Of a DNA stretch of 64,000 nucleotides, positions 42,468 through 55,204 are shown one piece after another. The stretch is from Octopus sinensis. Its lineage: Eukaryota. Within the stretch, counting starts at the first letter, position 1; the number at the start of each line of letters is the position of its first letter. The position numbers and the translations under genes are program-made. Where the stretch lies: assembly GCF_006345805.1 (NCBI RefSeq), contig NC_043016.1:29264001-29328000 (forward strand), in the 5' to 3' direction. Under the pieces are notes generated by a model, which saw only the letters and a list, made by a program, of their open reading frames with translations, had not been told where the DNA came from and made no database searches.

Positions 42468-43997
42468 TAGATAGATAGATAGATAGGTGTGTATATGTTT
42501 GTCATCTCCGCCCCAACATCGCTTGGCAACTGATGCTGGTGTGTTTATGTGCCCGTAAATTAGCAGTTTGGCAAAAGAGACTGATAGAATAAGTACTAGG
42601 CTTACAAAGAATAAGTCCTGGGGTCGATTTGCTCGACTTAAGGTAAGTGCTTCAGCATGGCCACAGTCAAATGACTAAAACAAGAATATATATGTATATA
42701 TGCATACACACACATAAACACATATATAAATACATATATATATATATGCTCATACACATAAAAAGTATTATAATATGTGAGCGAGTGTGCATGTGTGTGT
42801 ACATATATCATCATCATTTATTGTCCATGTTCCATGCTTGTATCAGATGGATGGCTTAACAGGATCTGAAACATCCAAGCATTGCATCGTGATCCAGTGC
42901 CCACTTTGGCATGGTTTCTACAGCTGGACACCCATCGTACCGCCAACCACCTCAGAATAGATACTGGGTGCTTTCTTTATGCAACCAGCACTAATGAAAT
43001 CACTAGGTAGCTTACAAGAAAACAGAATCCGTTGGGGATGGTGTTAGCTATGCTAGGTGACTAGCTATTTTGACCCGTGCTTCGTGCCTCGCTCGGGTCT
43101 TGGCAGTGGTGTGTTTTGTGCGTGTTGTCTCCTTTTCCCTTTCTTCTTTTGTTCGTCTTCTTTGCATGGCTCTTTTTATTGCCCTCTTCTTTTTCTTATT
43201 TTTTACTTTTTCTTCGTCTTTATCTTCTTTAAAACTCAATTTTTCCCATATTCCACACCATGGCAACGAAACGGTAGCCCCGAGCGACTTGCAACCCTCC
43301 TCACATCATTGCCCACCCCATTTCACCCCCAGTGTAAATTTTGGCGCCAATCCGACCCCCATCTACCAAACCATTCCCATCCCAAAATGAGACAAATAAC
43401 CAAGAAATCAAACAACTTTTTCGCATTTCAGCTTTATAAATATTGATGAAGGATTAGAATGTTTCAGTTATTGGACTACGGCCATGCTGGAGCATCAACT
43501 TGAAGAACTTAGTTGAATAAAACTCTAGTACCATTTTTTTAAGCCTGGTAATGCGAGAAAAAGTAGGATGATTCTGGGGATGATTGTTCAGATTGTTTCA
43601 ATTTTTTTACTTTCTGTAATTATTAATGAAGAAAATATACTTATTCTATTGATCTCTTTTTTTCCAAACCTTAAATAACAGAGACATAAAACAACACTAA
43701 TACAGTTCTATATTCAAGAGATGTGGAGGCACATGGCCTAGTGGTTAGAGCAGCGGACTCACAGTCGAGGGATCGTGGGTTCGAATCTCAGACCAGGTAA
43801 TGTGTGTGTTTATGAGCGAAACACCTAAGCTCCACACGGTAATGGTGAAATTCTGCTGACTCTTTTGCCATAACTTCCTCTCACTCTTTCGTCCTGCATC
43901 TTGCAGCTCACCTGCAACGGACTGGTGTCCTCTCCAGGTGGAGAACCTATATGCCAAGGAAACTGGGAAACCAGCCCTAATGAGCCAGGCATGGCTC

Positions 43998-44285
43998 AAG
44001 AAGGAACAAACAATATTTACGAGATGAGGAATTATGTACAATATGTACATTTGATGGATATTTGTTCTCATCTTGTTTGTTTTTAACACAATGTTTCGGC
44101 TGATATACCCTCCAGCCCTCATCAGGTGTCTTGGGGAAATTTTGAACCTGGGTTCTCATTCCTAAGGTATTTTTTGATGTTGTTGTTATTATTATTATTA
44201 TTATTATTCAGGTCACTGCCTGGAATCGAACTCAGAATCTTGGGGTTAGTAACGCATGCTCTTAACCACTACGCCACATGCCCAT
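43998..44285 (-). mobile_element. tRNA-headed SINE-like element with a Penelope-type minimal hammerhead ribozyme in its tail
   Basis: Head with A box TGGCGTAGTGG and B box GTTCGATTCC (44283->~44212), (AAT)n spacer, then GACAC-CTGATGA-G-GGCTG-GAGGGTATAT-CAGCC-GAAAC-ATT-GTGTT at 44130->44085. Confidence 0.75.
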
Positions 44286-46239
44286 GGGTTATTTTATAGT
44301 TGATGTAAAATTTGATTACAACAGATGTATTACAGTTAGAATGAAATTGTGTGTGTGTTTATAAGGATGTTAAATTTATGTAAATTCTTTGTGGTAAGGG
44401 ACTAAATTGAGATTGGTAAGGGACTAAATTGAGATTGGTAAGAAGAATACTAGTACTGGGGTGGGATTAATTGATTAAAACATTTCAATGTACTGAATGA
44501 AAGCATTTAAAGAACAAAAAGATTATATTTGAAGGAAATGCTTTTAAAATAAATGATATTGAATAAATAACTGACTGTATTGATAAGATGTTGGACTTTT
44601 AATCTACGTTCCAAAGGTTAAAGCTCTTGTCACCTTCCAACATAACTGTATAGCATAGACAAATGCACAATTATCTCTGTAAAATTGCTCCCTTTATGGA
44701 AAAATAGGAAACGCTCAACTATAATTATTGTTATGAGAAGAAAGAAACAGCACTGTAGAAGAAACATCAATCAAATTTCCTTAAGAACATAGCATTTTGC
44801 AAGCTATGTTTTAATGAAGAAAAAATGTTTTAAAAATAATGGAGAGAAGAGAGAGAAAGAGGGAGAAAAGGAGAGATATTAAAAACTGTTGATCAGAGCT
44901 GTGAGTGACTCAACAATTCTTGATTCCATTCCTTTCTTGAAGATGAGATTCTCTCAGAAACATATAATTTGAGAAATGAAATAGGGAACAGGAAATTCTC
45001 CTGCTTTCATGATGATATTTGCTGAGTGATGCCTGTGTTTACCAATATTTGTTTTAAGCTATAAACATGAAATTACTTGAAATTATCTAGGTACAAAATA
45101 TTAAAGAAATAGTTTTTTTTTCCTTTAATTTTAAAGAAACAGAAAAAGGGATGTGAAATGGTAAAATTACAGTTTTCTAAGACTGCTCTTTAAATTACTT
45201 TATACAGAGTAGTAGTTGTTAAACACAAGCTCAATCCTGATTCTGTAGACTTATGATAGAGGGCATTTATAATGGTTATGTCATTGTTTATCACTGATCT
45301 AGCAGACCTGTGATTAAGAATGTCACATCCAAGACTGTTCTGATTTATTTTCAGTTGTAATTATCTAAAACTACATTATCTAAACTTAAATTCTTCATAT
45401 TTTATTTTTTTTTAAGACAGAATAATTTATTTCAGACTGATTTGGCAGCTATTTTCTGGCAAGTCAAACAACAACATAGAGAACAGCTTTTAGAACCATA
45501 TAAAGAGTAATTATAAATCTTTGATATTGCATATATGTCTCCAAGAGAACATGAATTTTTTTTTTTAATGGCTCTTGTAGGCACAAGGCTTGAAATTTAG
45601 GGGGAGGGGGTAAGTTGATAACATCAGCCCCAGTGCTCCCCTTTTACTAATACTTATTTATCAACCTCAAACAGATGAAAGGCAAAGTTGACCTTGGCAG
45701 AATTTGAACTCAGAACTTAAAGACAAAAGTGCTGCTAAGCATTTTATTCAGTATGATAATGGTTATGTCAGTTTGCCAGCTTAGATAAGCTACAAATAAC
45801 AGTGTGTAAATATCAGGTTAAAAAACCATTTGGCTAGAAAAGGTAAAAAGCTGCTTGTGGGTTACTTGACATTTTCTATCTAAAGGGTTTTTTTTTTTAA
45901 ACCAATATTTACATGCTGTTATTTACAGCTTTATCTACTTCAAGATCCATAAAAAAATCATTGAGGGGTTTCGCTCATAAACACACACACTACCCGGTAT
46001 GAGATTCGAACCCATGATCCCTCGACTGCAAGTCCGCTGCTCTAACCACTAGGCCATGTGCCTCCATAGTGAAAAGCTATGGGTAGAGGATAGTGATGAA
46101 TGGTATTGAGAGAGCATCACATGTGATGAGATGAGAGATATGGATGATAAGGATAAGATTTATATGAATTGGGAGATCATCACAGGTTGAGTGATAGCAG
46201 CAATTATACGCTTGGCATGATGCAAATTATATATATATA

Positions 46240-46516
46240 TTCTATCAGTCTTTTTTGCTAAACTGCTAAATTACAGGGACATAAACACACCAACAATGAT
46301 TGTCAAGTGATGAGGGGGGACAAATCACAGACAAATATATATTTATTACACACACACACAATGAACTTCTTTTCGTCAACCAAATCCATTCACAATGCTT
46401 TGGTCGGCCCAAGGTTATTGTAGAAGAAACTTGCCCAAGGTGCCACGCAGTGGGACTGAACCTGGAACCATGTGGTTGGGAAGCAAGCTTCTTACCACAC
46501 AGCCACTTCTGTGCCT
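46240..46516 (-). mobile_element. SINE family A copy starting immediately after the U6 pseudogene
   Basis: Minus strand aggcacagaagtggctgtgtggtaagaagcttgcttcccaacc...; full head and centre; ends in (TA)n. Confidence 0.9.
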
Positions 46517-46518
46517 AG

Positions 46519-46625
46519 AAAATATGGAATGTTTCCCGAATTTGTGTGTGTCATCCTTGGACAGGGACCATACTAATCTTCTCTGTATCATTCCAATTTT
46601 AGGATATGTACTGACAAAGTAGTAT
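46519..46625 (-). pseudogene. U6: U6 snRNA pseudogene, full length
   Basis: Minus strand ATACTACTTTGTCAGTACATATCCTAAAATTGGAATGATACAGAGAAGATTAGTATGGTCCCTGTCCAAGGATGACACACACAAATTCGGGAAACATTCCATATTTT aligns end to end with U6 (about 17 differences from the human sequence by eye). ACAGAGA box intact; catalytic AGC triad mutated to AGT; no clear upstream TATA. Confidence 0.95.
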
Positions 46626-46669
46626 ATAAATACACACACTCTCACACACATACATAAAAATACACAGCT

Positions 46670-47340
46670 TCCCTTGCTACCATTTCAAAATGTTTTGATA
46701 GTCAAGTCTTCAATGGCACTGCATATCATTAATCAGAACAGTCCATCATTTCCTTCAATGAAACGCAGCATCTTCAGGTCAACCTTCACTACTTCATCCC
46801 TATTTTCCCTTGGTTTCCCTCTTCCACAGGTTCTAACACCTTAGAAGGATCAGAACTTCCTTCTCTTGTACAGCAGTCACTTTCCATACACATCACATGC
46901 CCCCTTTCTTGTACACAATTTCTCTCTCAGCTCATTTGTACCTTGATGTTCATTCACGTACACTAACATTACACATCCGACAGAACATGCTTGCTTCATT
47001 TCTATCTTGTCTTCAACATTCAAGGCCCATGTCTCACAATCATGCAGTACCACAGTTCTAATACAAGCATCATACAATCTGCCTTTTCACTCTGATGAAG
47101 GTCTTTCTTGCCAGTAGAGATATACTTCCCTGAGCATTTTTTTCCAACTAGTTTCTACTTTGGCTATTATACCTTTGGAACAACTAATTCCACTACAATT
47201 ATGTCACCTTGGTAATTAAATCCAATCAACTACTTCCAGAAAGCCAGCTGAGCTTTTAAGAGAATCTATTTCTAGTGCACTTTTAACGGTTATTGCTCCA
47301 ATCCATCAGCCAAATACTAAGCCTGCTTTTTTCTGTTAGC
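46670..47340 (-). mobile_element. RTE-clade LINE 3' fragment
   Basis: Remnants LEVVD..., LYDACIRTVVLHDCETWAL, ELREKL, HVMCM, TCGRGKPR, typical of the RTE RT C-terminus; frameshifted. Confidence 0.85.
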
Positions 47341-47355
47341 CTTCTTGTGATTGCA

Positions 47356-47390
<35 letters not shown>

Positions 47391-47602
47391 TGCATACACA
47401 CACATAAGCATGTGTATGTATGCATGTATGTATTAGAGAGAAATTTTATTAAAACTGGGTGTTTATTTTGCAACTCAAGTTTCAATAAACTATATACTTT
47501 ACATATATTGAGCACTTTTCTATTCGTTCAACACAATTCCAGATTTGTGTGTGCATGTATGTGTGCATATCCATCTCTCACTCTGTGTGTGTGTGTGTGT
47601 GA

Positions 47603-47637
<35 letters not shown>

Positions 47638-48386
47638 TTGTGAGTAAGACTACTAGCAGTAGGGTGGAGGAGGGGAATACATCCAGTCAGCACTAGGCTC
47701 ATCTTCTGTTTCATCATTCAAATGCAAACAGTTAATTAGTACCCCCCCACCTCCACAGCCAATCCTACTAATTATTTACAATAATATAAGATTATTGTAC
47801 AAAAGAGAGACCATCATATAAGACTCTGTAATTTAAAGCTTAACAGTGGTGGTGGTGGTGGTGGTAGAGAGGATGAGAGCAGTAATTTTAAACTAGTTTG
47901 CTGACTAGTGAAAAGGATTACACACACACACACACACAAAATCTGAGGTCATTTCATTAACATATTTCATATAGCAACATACATCCAAATCTCCCTTCGG
48001 CTGGTATCTAGATTAGGAAATACTGCTTGCTATGTATAGCAAACTTTAATGGTATTTCTTGTTTGATGTAAAATTACTGGGCTATTTCCAGTAATTACAC
48101 TGCCCAAGAACAACAACAAAAGAGAAAGATATTTCTACTGCCTTGAAAGTTAGACATGTTCTTGATTACACTTCAGGCATTAACACAAAATATGAAATCA
48201 GTTTTTCGCTATCAGCACTACTTTTGAAGATGTAGTATAGTTCTTCATCTACCGACTGATGCAGTCGTTTACGCACTGAAATAGGGATGTCAAGTTCCAC
48301 CCTACATTTTCATATTCCTGAATATATTTAGTAATGCTGATTTGAAATATGCCATTAGTTTTATCCTATTAGCTCAAATTAATATT

Positions 48387-48788
48387 AACTAGAAAAGCAC
48401 TCGGAGAGCGCAGACCTCTACCAAGCTAATTTTAAGATAGATACGCAAGTAAAATTACTAATAGAGAAATGAAAATAAACTTTGGAATCAGCAACACCAC
48501 CATAGGTTATGTGGAAACGATGAAAGTGTTTTCAAGGGAGATAATCAAAGAACCTAAACATTGTAATACTTCATGTAGAGTAAATATAACAAATGAAAAA
48601 TCCTTCAAGAATCCATCAAAATTCCCCGGATCACTACCAAAATTTCATCATCTATTCCTTGTGTCATTACCAACTTTTCCTGCACATTTCATCAAATACT
48701 ATTCACAACTTTTTGAGTTATTTTGCACACAGACGGGCAAACCAACACCGATGAAAACATAACCTCCTTCCTTGGCAGAGGTAATAAA
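48387..48788 (-). mobile_element. Helentron-associated non-autonomous element (HINE/DINE-1-like)
   Basis: Minus strand begins tttattacctctgccaaggaaggaggttatgttttc and ends cttggtagaggtctgcgctctccgagtgcttttctagtt: subterminal inverted repeats plus 3' hairpin, in a T-rich site. Confidence 0.8.
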
Positions 48789-50127
48789 TTTATTAGTTAG
48801 TGATTTGGTGATATCTACTTAATTAATGGTATCTGCTGAATTGATGCAGAACTAATGATATTAATACGATGATTAAATATTACATGCTGTTAAAATAATC
48901 TCATATTTGTAAAGCTGTGGGCAGATGTACCACAAGAGGTACACTGTATTTCCAAGTCTTGAAAAGAAAAGGCTAAACTGATAGTATATTTAGAATCAGT
49001 ACCCTAAATATACCCCGACAAAAGCTGGATATATAAGGCACTAAAATGAATATTACAACCATTTAGTTTCTGATGATGATTATTAAAAACATGGAGGTAT
49101 GTAATAAAACAACAAACAATATTACATCCTTTTATTCTTTTACTTGTTTCAGTCAGACTGTGGTCATGCTGGGGCAATGTCTTGAAGAATTTTCAGTTAA
49201 ATGAATCAACCCCAGTATTTTTATTCTTTTTTTTTTTGTTGAAGTCTGATACTAATTCTATCAGTCCCTTTTGCTGAAGCTACAAGGATGTAAACACACC
49301 AACACCAGTTGTCAAGTGGTGGTAGGGGGACAAACACTGATACAAAAATACACACACACACACACACATAATGGGCAACTTCCAGCTTCCATTTTCTAAA
49401 TCCACTCACAAGGCTTTGATCAGCCTGAGGCTATAGCAGAAGACACTTGACTGGACCCAGAGCCATGTAGTTAGGAAGCAAGTTTCTTATTTCTTCATTG
49501 CCCACAAGGGGCTAAACATAGAGGGGACAAACAAGGACAGACAAAGGGATTAAGTCGATTACATTGACCCCAGTGTGTAACTGGTACTTAATTTATTGAC
49601 CCCCAAAAGGATGAAAGGCAAAGTCGACCATGGCGGAATTTGAACTCAGAACGTAGAGGCAGACGAAATACCTATTTCTTTATTACCCACAAGGGACTAA
49701 ACACAGAGAGGACAAACAAGGACACACAAACGGATTAAGTTGATTACATCGACCCCAGTGTGTAACTGGTACTTAATTTATCGACCCCGAAAGGATGAAA
49801 GGCAAAATCGACCTTGGTGGAATTTGAACTCGGAACGTAACGGCAGACGAAATATGGCTACGTATTTCGCCTGGCGTGCTAACATTTCTTACCACACATC
49901 CACACCTGTGCCTACATTGTATACAAAAAAAAAATACTAATAAAAAAAACAACAAAGGACAATGTGATTTGGGATTCAAGACTTCCAAATAAGTCAAAAG
50001 CAAGTAATTAGTAAAAATTATGTTGCCCTAATTTGAATTAATCTATAAATATTTATGATCAAATTTCAATACAACTGTAACCGTTTCAACAAACATTACA
50101 TACCTAAGAGAATATCATCTAATTAAA

Positions 50128-50365
50128 CAAGGTGGCGAGCTGGCAGAAACGTTAGCATGCCAGGCAAAATGCTTAGCAATATTTCATCAGCCATTAGGTT
50201 CTGAGTTCAAATTCCGCTGAGGTCGACTTTGCCTTTCATCTTTTTGGGGTTGATAAATTAAGTACCAGTTACGCACTGGAGTCAATGTAATCGACTAAAT
50301 CCCTTTGTCTGTCCTTGTTTGTCCCCTCTATGTTTAGCCCCTTGTGGGCAATAAAGAAATAAGAA
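50128..50365 (+). mobile_element. SINE family C, representative copy
   Basis: aaggtggcgagctggcagaaacgttagc...gagttcaaattccgctgaggtcgactttgcctttcatc...taagtaccagtt. Copies at 2695-2922(-), 4991-5157(+), 10080-10305(-), tandem pair 49492-49890(-), and many in 31270-33130, 35340-36300, 39510-39960. Confidence 0.9.
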
Positions 50366-50879
50366 TATAATCTAATTTCTTTTTACCCACCATTTTTTTG
50401 ATGTTGTTTAGAGTATGATTTAGAGTATTGTTGAGACATGATTTGAGGGTGATTTTGTAGCTATTTCTACCTGGCCAAGTGACCTTGTAGTTATCTTCTT
50501 AATGTTTGTTCGTTATTGGAAACAAGTAGTTTGCATGAGAATAATCATCAAATAATAATTATATGCCACTTAGCTAGTCTATAAATCAATGTTAAGTAGA
50601 AAAAAAAGCCAATAAATTCATGAAAGACCTTGCTTAAGACATTAGCTATTTCATCTCATCACAAATTCCACTGCTGGCATATACACACATACATAAATAC
50701 ACAAACAGGCAGTTAGATAGCTCACCACTTTCAGTGTCTTTGAGTGTGCAGATTAATAATTTTTTAATTGGAAGGATTAGCTTTATTGTATTGTACTGAA
50801 TGAGTACAGCTATCCTAGTAGCAGAAGGTTGGGAGCTTTGACATAACCCCATCACTGCCACTTTCACTCCTCACCAAAC

Positions 50880-51480
50880 ACAGTGGTCTGCATGCTGTAG
50901 CTGCACACACCTCCTGGGATTCACAAACACTGCCAACCCTTCTCACTCACACTGTTATCTCATGCCAAAGCTGTGCATTCGACCTGGGTCCTCCAATGAG
51001 CTTTAAACATAATCCCCACTCCTAACCACACATTGATCTCATACTACAGCTGTACATTGCATCAGAGTCCTCCCTTGATCCTCAAGCATAACCCTACCCC
51101 ACACCTTCATCTCATGCTACATTCCATTGTACATTCCACCAGGATCCTCCCTGTCCAGTTCTTGATCTCATCATTCCATCTTTATCATTATTTCTCATGT
51201 ACCCATTTTCCATCCCACCACCTTCCAAGTATACTGACAAAGAGGTTCTAGGCCATGTTATCATGGTCGAAATATTACAAGTCCACTGCCTGATCATCAT
51301 CTCTGCTAATGTTTGTTCCACTTCCCATCTGCTCAAGAACCAGATTGCTTGTTCTGCAGTCACCTAACTAAAGTATAGCACACATTAGTGGCACATTTTC
51401 TCCAACACCCTCATTTGCATGGTGTCAGCCATCCTATAGGGTTCATACTTCCACACCTTCCCAACACTACTGGACAGATT
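50880..51480 (-). mobile_element. Old RTE-type LINE fragment
   Basis: Remnants YFDH and WNDEIKNWTG (RTE W.D.IK.WTG motif). Confidence 0.55.
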
Positions 51481-51629
51481 GGGCTTTTCATAAAGTGCTA
51501 AAAATGTTTTTAAATACTAGGAACATCATTTATATTTTCAGTACAGGACAATTTCATTAGTACTGTGCAAAAAGAAAAAAGAAAAAAAGAAAAAAAATTC
51601 TTGTACACTTTGGAGATATGGGATTGACA

Positions 51630-51860
51630 GAAAGCTAGTCATGTTCCACCAAAGCTGCTTGGAAAGGACTGAGAGAACATACTGGCAAGACCACATAAAC
51701 AATGAAGATATTCTAAAGAAAACCAATAAAAGGCCATTTAGCGAAATCTTCACAGAACAACAATTAAAACTAACATACTCAGGCTGCCAGAACAATGACA
51801 GTCTAAAACAGCTTTCAAATGGACACCACAAGAGGGAAAAAGAAAGAGAGGAACTGACAA
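51630..51860 (+). mobile_element. Old RTE-type LINE fragment
   Basis: ORF 51641 FHQSCLERTERTYWQDHINNEDILKK...SEIF resembles the RTE FHQ.CLR.I..I.WQD.I.N.EVL motif. Confidence 0.65.
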
Positions 51861-54673
51861 GAAGCCAATACTACAAGGGTGGAGGTTGAGAAAATTGCAA
51901 CCAGCAGAAACCAGTGGTTTCTTAACTTGCTGCCCAATGTGCTTGAGTGTACAGAAGAAAGAGATACTGATACACACTCTCTCTCTCTCGTTGTAAAGTG
52001 GTTGGTAATAGTAAGAGCATCAAGCTATAGAAACCATACCAAAGCAGATACTGGAGCTTGGGTGTCAATCCTCTTACTGAACCATCTAATCTATGACAGA
52101 ATTGAAAATGGACATTAAATGACGATAAAGGCAAAAGAGCAAAACCTGTTTTAAGTATGATATAACATAAATACAATAAAAAAGAAAATCAAAATCAATT
52201 TTATTTATAAAATATATTTTCAGTCGTGATTTAGATCATAAAACAAGGTCATTTTGTTTTAAATACAAGTTGATAGTCTAAAGGTTAAAATACAATAATA
52301 AGAATAATAATCAACAACAACAACTCTTTGTTGAGTAGCTTAGACTTATGACAAACATTCCACTTGTTCATAGATTTTGATTTAAACAAAGAATTTTTCT
52401 CCTGATTAGAATTACAATGGCATATATTTCAGGAATGGATTTTTAACTGTGACTGCTTCATATTTTCTCAAAATATTATAAATAGCATGTTTGTTTAGAT
52501 TTTAGTCTGAGTTGTTGGGGAACTAAGCTGTTTTACCTTTGCTGGTGAGTTAATTTTTTAAATTTTTTAAAGTCAATATCAGCAAGAGGGGAGGGAGACA
52601 AACATACAAACAATTAGAGACAGGTGTGACGAAGGGAATGCTATAGCAGCTCTGGAGATAAAGATCAAAGTGCTTAATGCAAGTTTTTTGTGAAGTGAGA
52701 AACTAGAGGACTGAGAGTAGGTAATTCCTTATGGTACACTTGGTTTAGAAGTGAAAAACAATAGGGCAACAAGGATCTAAAGGCTCAGAATCAATAGGAT
52801 TGAAGGGAGAAGGTGAAGAAAAGAAGCAACTTTTGTTTTCACTGACAGAGTCAGTGGAACCACTGTAATAATGATAACAGAAATAAAGAAGATACACAAC
52901 ACACTTGTGAACCACCCTCATCCAGCAGATGTATATGATCAAAGGCAATCTAACTGTGATCAGCCCACCTTTTACCTCTGTACAGAGAAACCACGATAAC
53001 ATTTTCAAATGTTTCCCCCTCCCACCTAAGACAGTAAGGGTCTGGTTTGAGGGAGATTTAGTTGTTGTTTTTAGCAGGTCAGGCAACTATGTAAACACTT
53101 ACTGCAAGAAAGATTATGAATCAAGATGGATGAGATTTCTGTCTGTAGGTAATTAATAATATCCATTATTTGGGTGATTGGTCTTTAGAATAAAGACATT
53201 ATAAAAGTTATTCAAAAATGGTTATGAAAATAAATAGCTGCAACTGTGAATCAAAACTGAACTCTAAGATCTTCAGTTTCCTGATGCTCATTTCAAAAAT
53301 AAAGTGGCAGGAGCACTGTGTAACCAATAGGTGTTTTATTAATTTGCAGTGCTGAGTCCAAGTCTGCCTAGACTAAACTCTGTGACCATATATTAACCAT
53401 TTCTATCACCATTATGGCAAATGGTTTTAATAGAATTGAATGATCCTCCATAGACAAGTGAAGGAAGAATCTCCTTGTGGTCGCCTACTTAGCTGAGTTT
53501 TGTGCACAGTACTAATCTTCCAGCCCGTGAGTCAGTTTGCAACTTCTGCTATTTAGAAAAAAAGGAAGAACCAACCAACCAACCACCCACCCAATATATA
53601 CATATTTGTTTGTTCCTTCTCGAGCCACTCCTGGATCATAGGGCCGGTTTCCCAGTTTCCTTGGCATATAGATTCCCCACCTGGATGGGACACTGGTCCA
53701 TCACAGGTGAGCTGCAAGATGCAGGAGGAAAGAGTGAAAGAAAAAATTGTGGCGAAAGAGTCAGCAGAAGTTTCGCCATCACCTTCTGCCTGAGCTGCAT
53801 GGAGCTTAGGTGTTTCACTTGTAAACACACACATCGCCCGGTCTGAGATTCGAACCCGCAATCCCTCGACTGCAAGTCCGCTGCTCTAACCACTAGGCCA
53901 TGTGCCTCCATATATATATATATATATATCTATATATATACACACACACATTCATACCATATACACACATACATGTATGTGTGTGTGTGTATTGCAATAT
54001 CAACCAGACTATGAGATGTTATGCAGTGCTAGTCGCAATGTACTTTACATTATTTCAGCTTTGAATGATGCAACCCCACTAAATAGGCAGACCAACTATT
54101 CCTTCTCAACAGAATACCAGTCCACTGCAGGGTTAGCCATTTACAGATGAGTGAACTGGACCAATACAAAATGGAGCAACTTAATACTCCCGTTGCAGGA
54201 GCAATATTTTTGTAATGGGTTTCACTTGATCTTCATGGAATATCAATTATTGATGTAAACACTAAACTTTACATGTTTCTGTGGTCGATAAAATATTAAC
54301 GACAGAAGAGCGGGAGGAGTGGATATCAAATTGGTAACACTTAACATACTCTTCAGCACAAAATACAAGAGGAAAATGCTTGTAGATGCCATACTTATCA
54401 GAAAATCTTAGAAGAAAAATGCTTTAATATTCTATAGGAGTTTAACAAAAAGTGGCAATGGCAATTAACCGCATGATAGTCATTATTACATGACACTGAC
54501 CCCACTCTCTCTCTATTTATATAATCCCAACCAAATAGCTCCTGGTTGAGTTCCACTGCATGGAACCTTGGGCAAGTATCTTCTACTATAGCCCTGGGCT
54601 GACCAAAGCATTGTGAGAAGATTTGGTAGACAGAAACTGAAAGAACCTCATTGAGTATATATACATATATCAG

Positions 54674-54865
54674 TTAATGTAAACTGTATAAAGATGAGAA
54701 CTAATAGTTTCTTGCTATGAAGACATGTAGTTAGGCAGGATTTTATAACACATGTCTTGAAGCAATATTCAGGGTTTGGAGAAAAAAGGGACAGTATAAA
54801 AAGCTGTCTAGCCACATGTCTTCATAAACTATTTGTAGTTCTCATCTTTATACAGTATACATTAA
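54674..54865. mobile_element. Small hairpin MITE bounded by TTAA
   Basis: ttaatgtaaactgtataaagatgagaacta...atgaagacatgt pairs with acatgtcttcata...tagttctcatctttatacagtatacattaa. Confidence 0.65.
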
Positions 54866-55148
54866 ATATTTATCTCTCACTGGATGAAGTACTTTTTTTT
54901 TTGTTGATCTTACCTTAACAGAGCAGCAAACTATATATGTATGTACATATCTATGTGTATGTGTTCTTATCTTTCTCCCCCAAGTGGTGTTAGCTTATGT
55001 CTCGGTAACTTTGTGGTTTAGCAAAACAGACCAATGGAATAAGTACTGGGGTTAAAAAAATAAGTACTGGAGGTTGATTTGTTTGACTAAGCCCTTTAAG
55101 GTGGTGCCCCAGCATGGCCACAGCCCAATGACTAAGACTAGATAAAAG

Positions 55149-55204
<56 letters not shown>

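Noticed and set aside
46519-46625. Functional U6 gene
   Set aside because: AGC triad changed to AGT, internal stem-loop substitutions, 2-nt insertion, many C>T/G>A changes and no clear upstream promoter.
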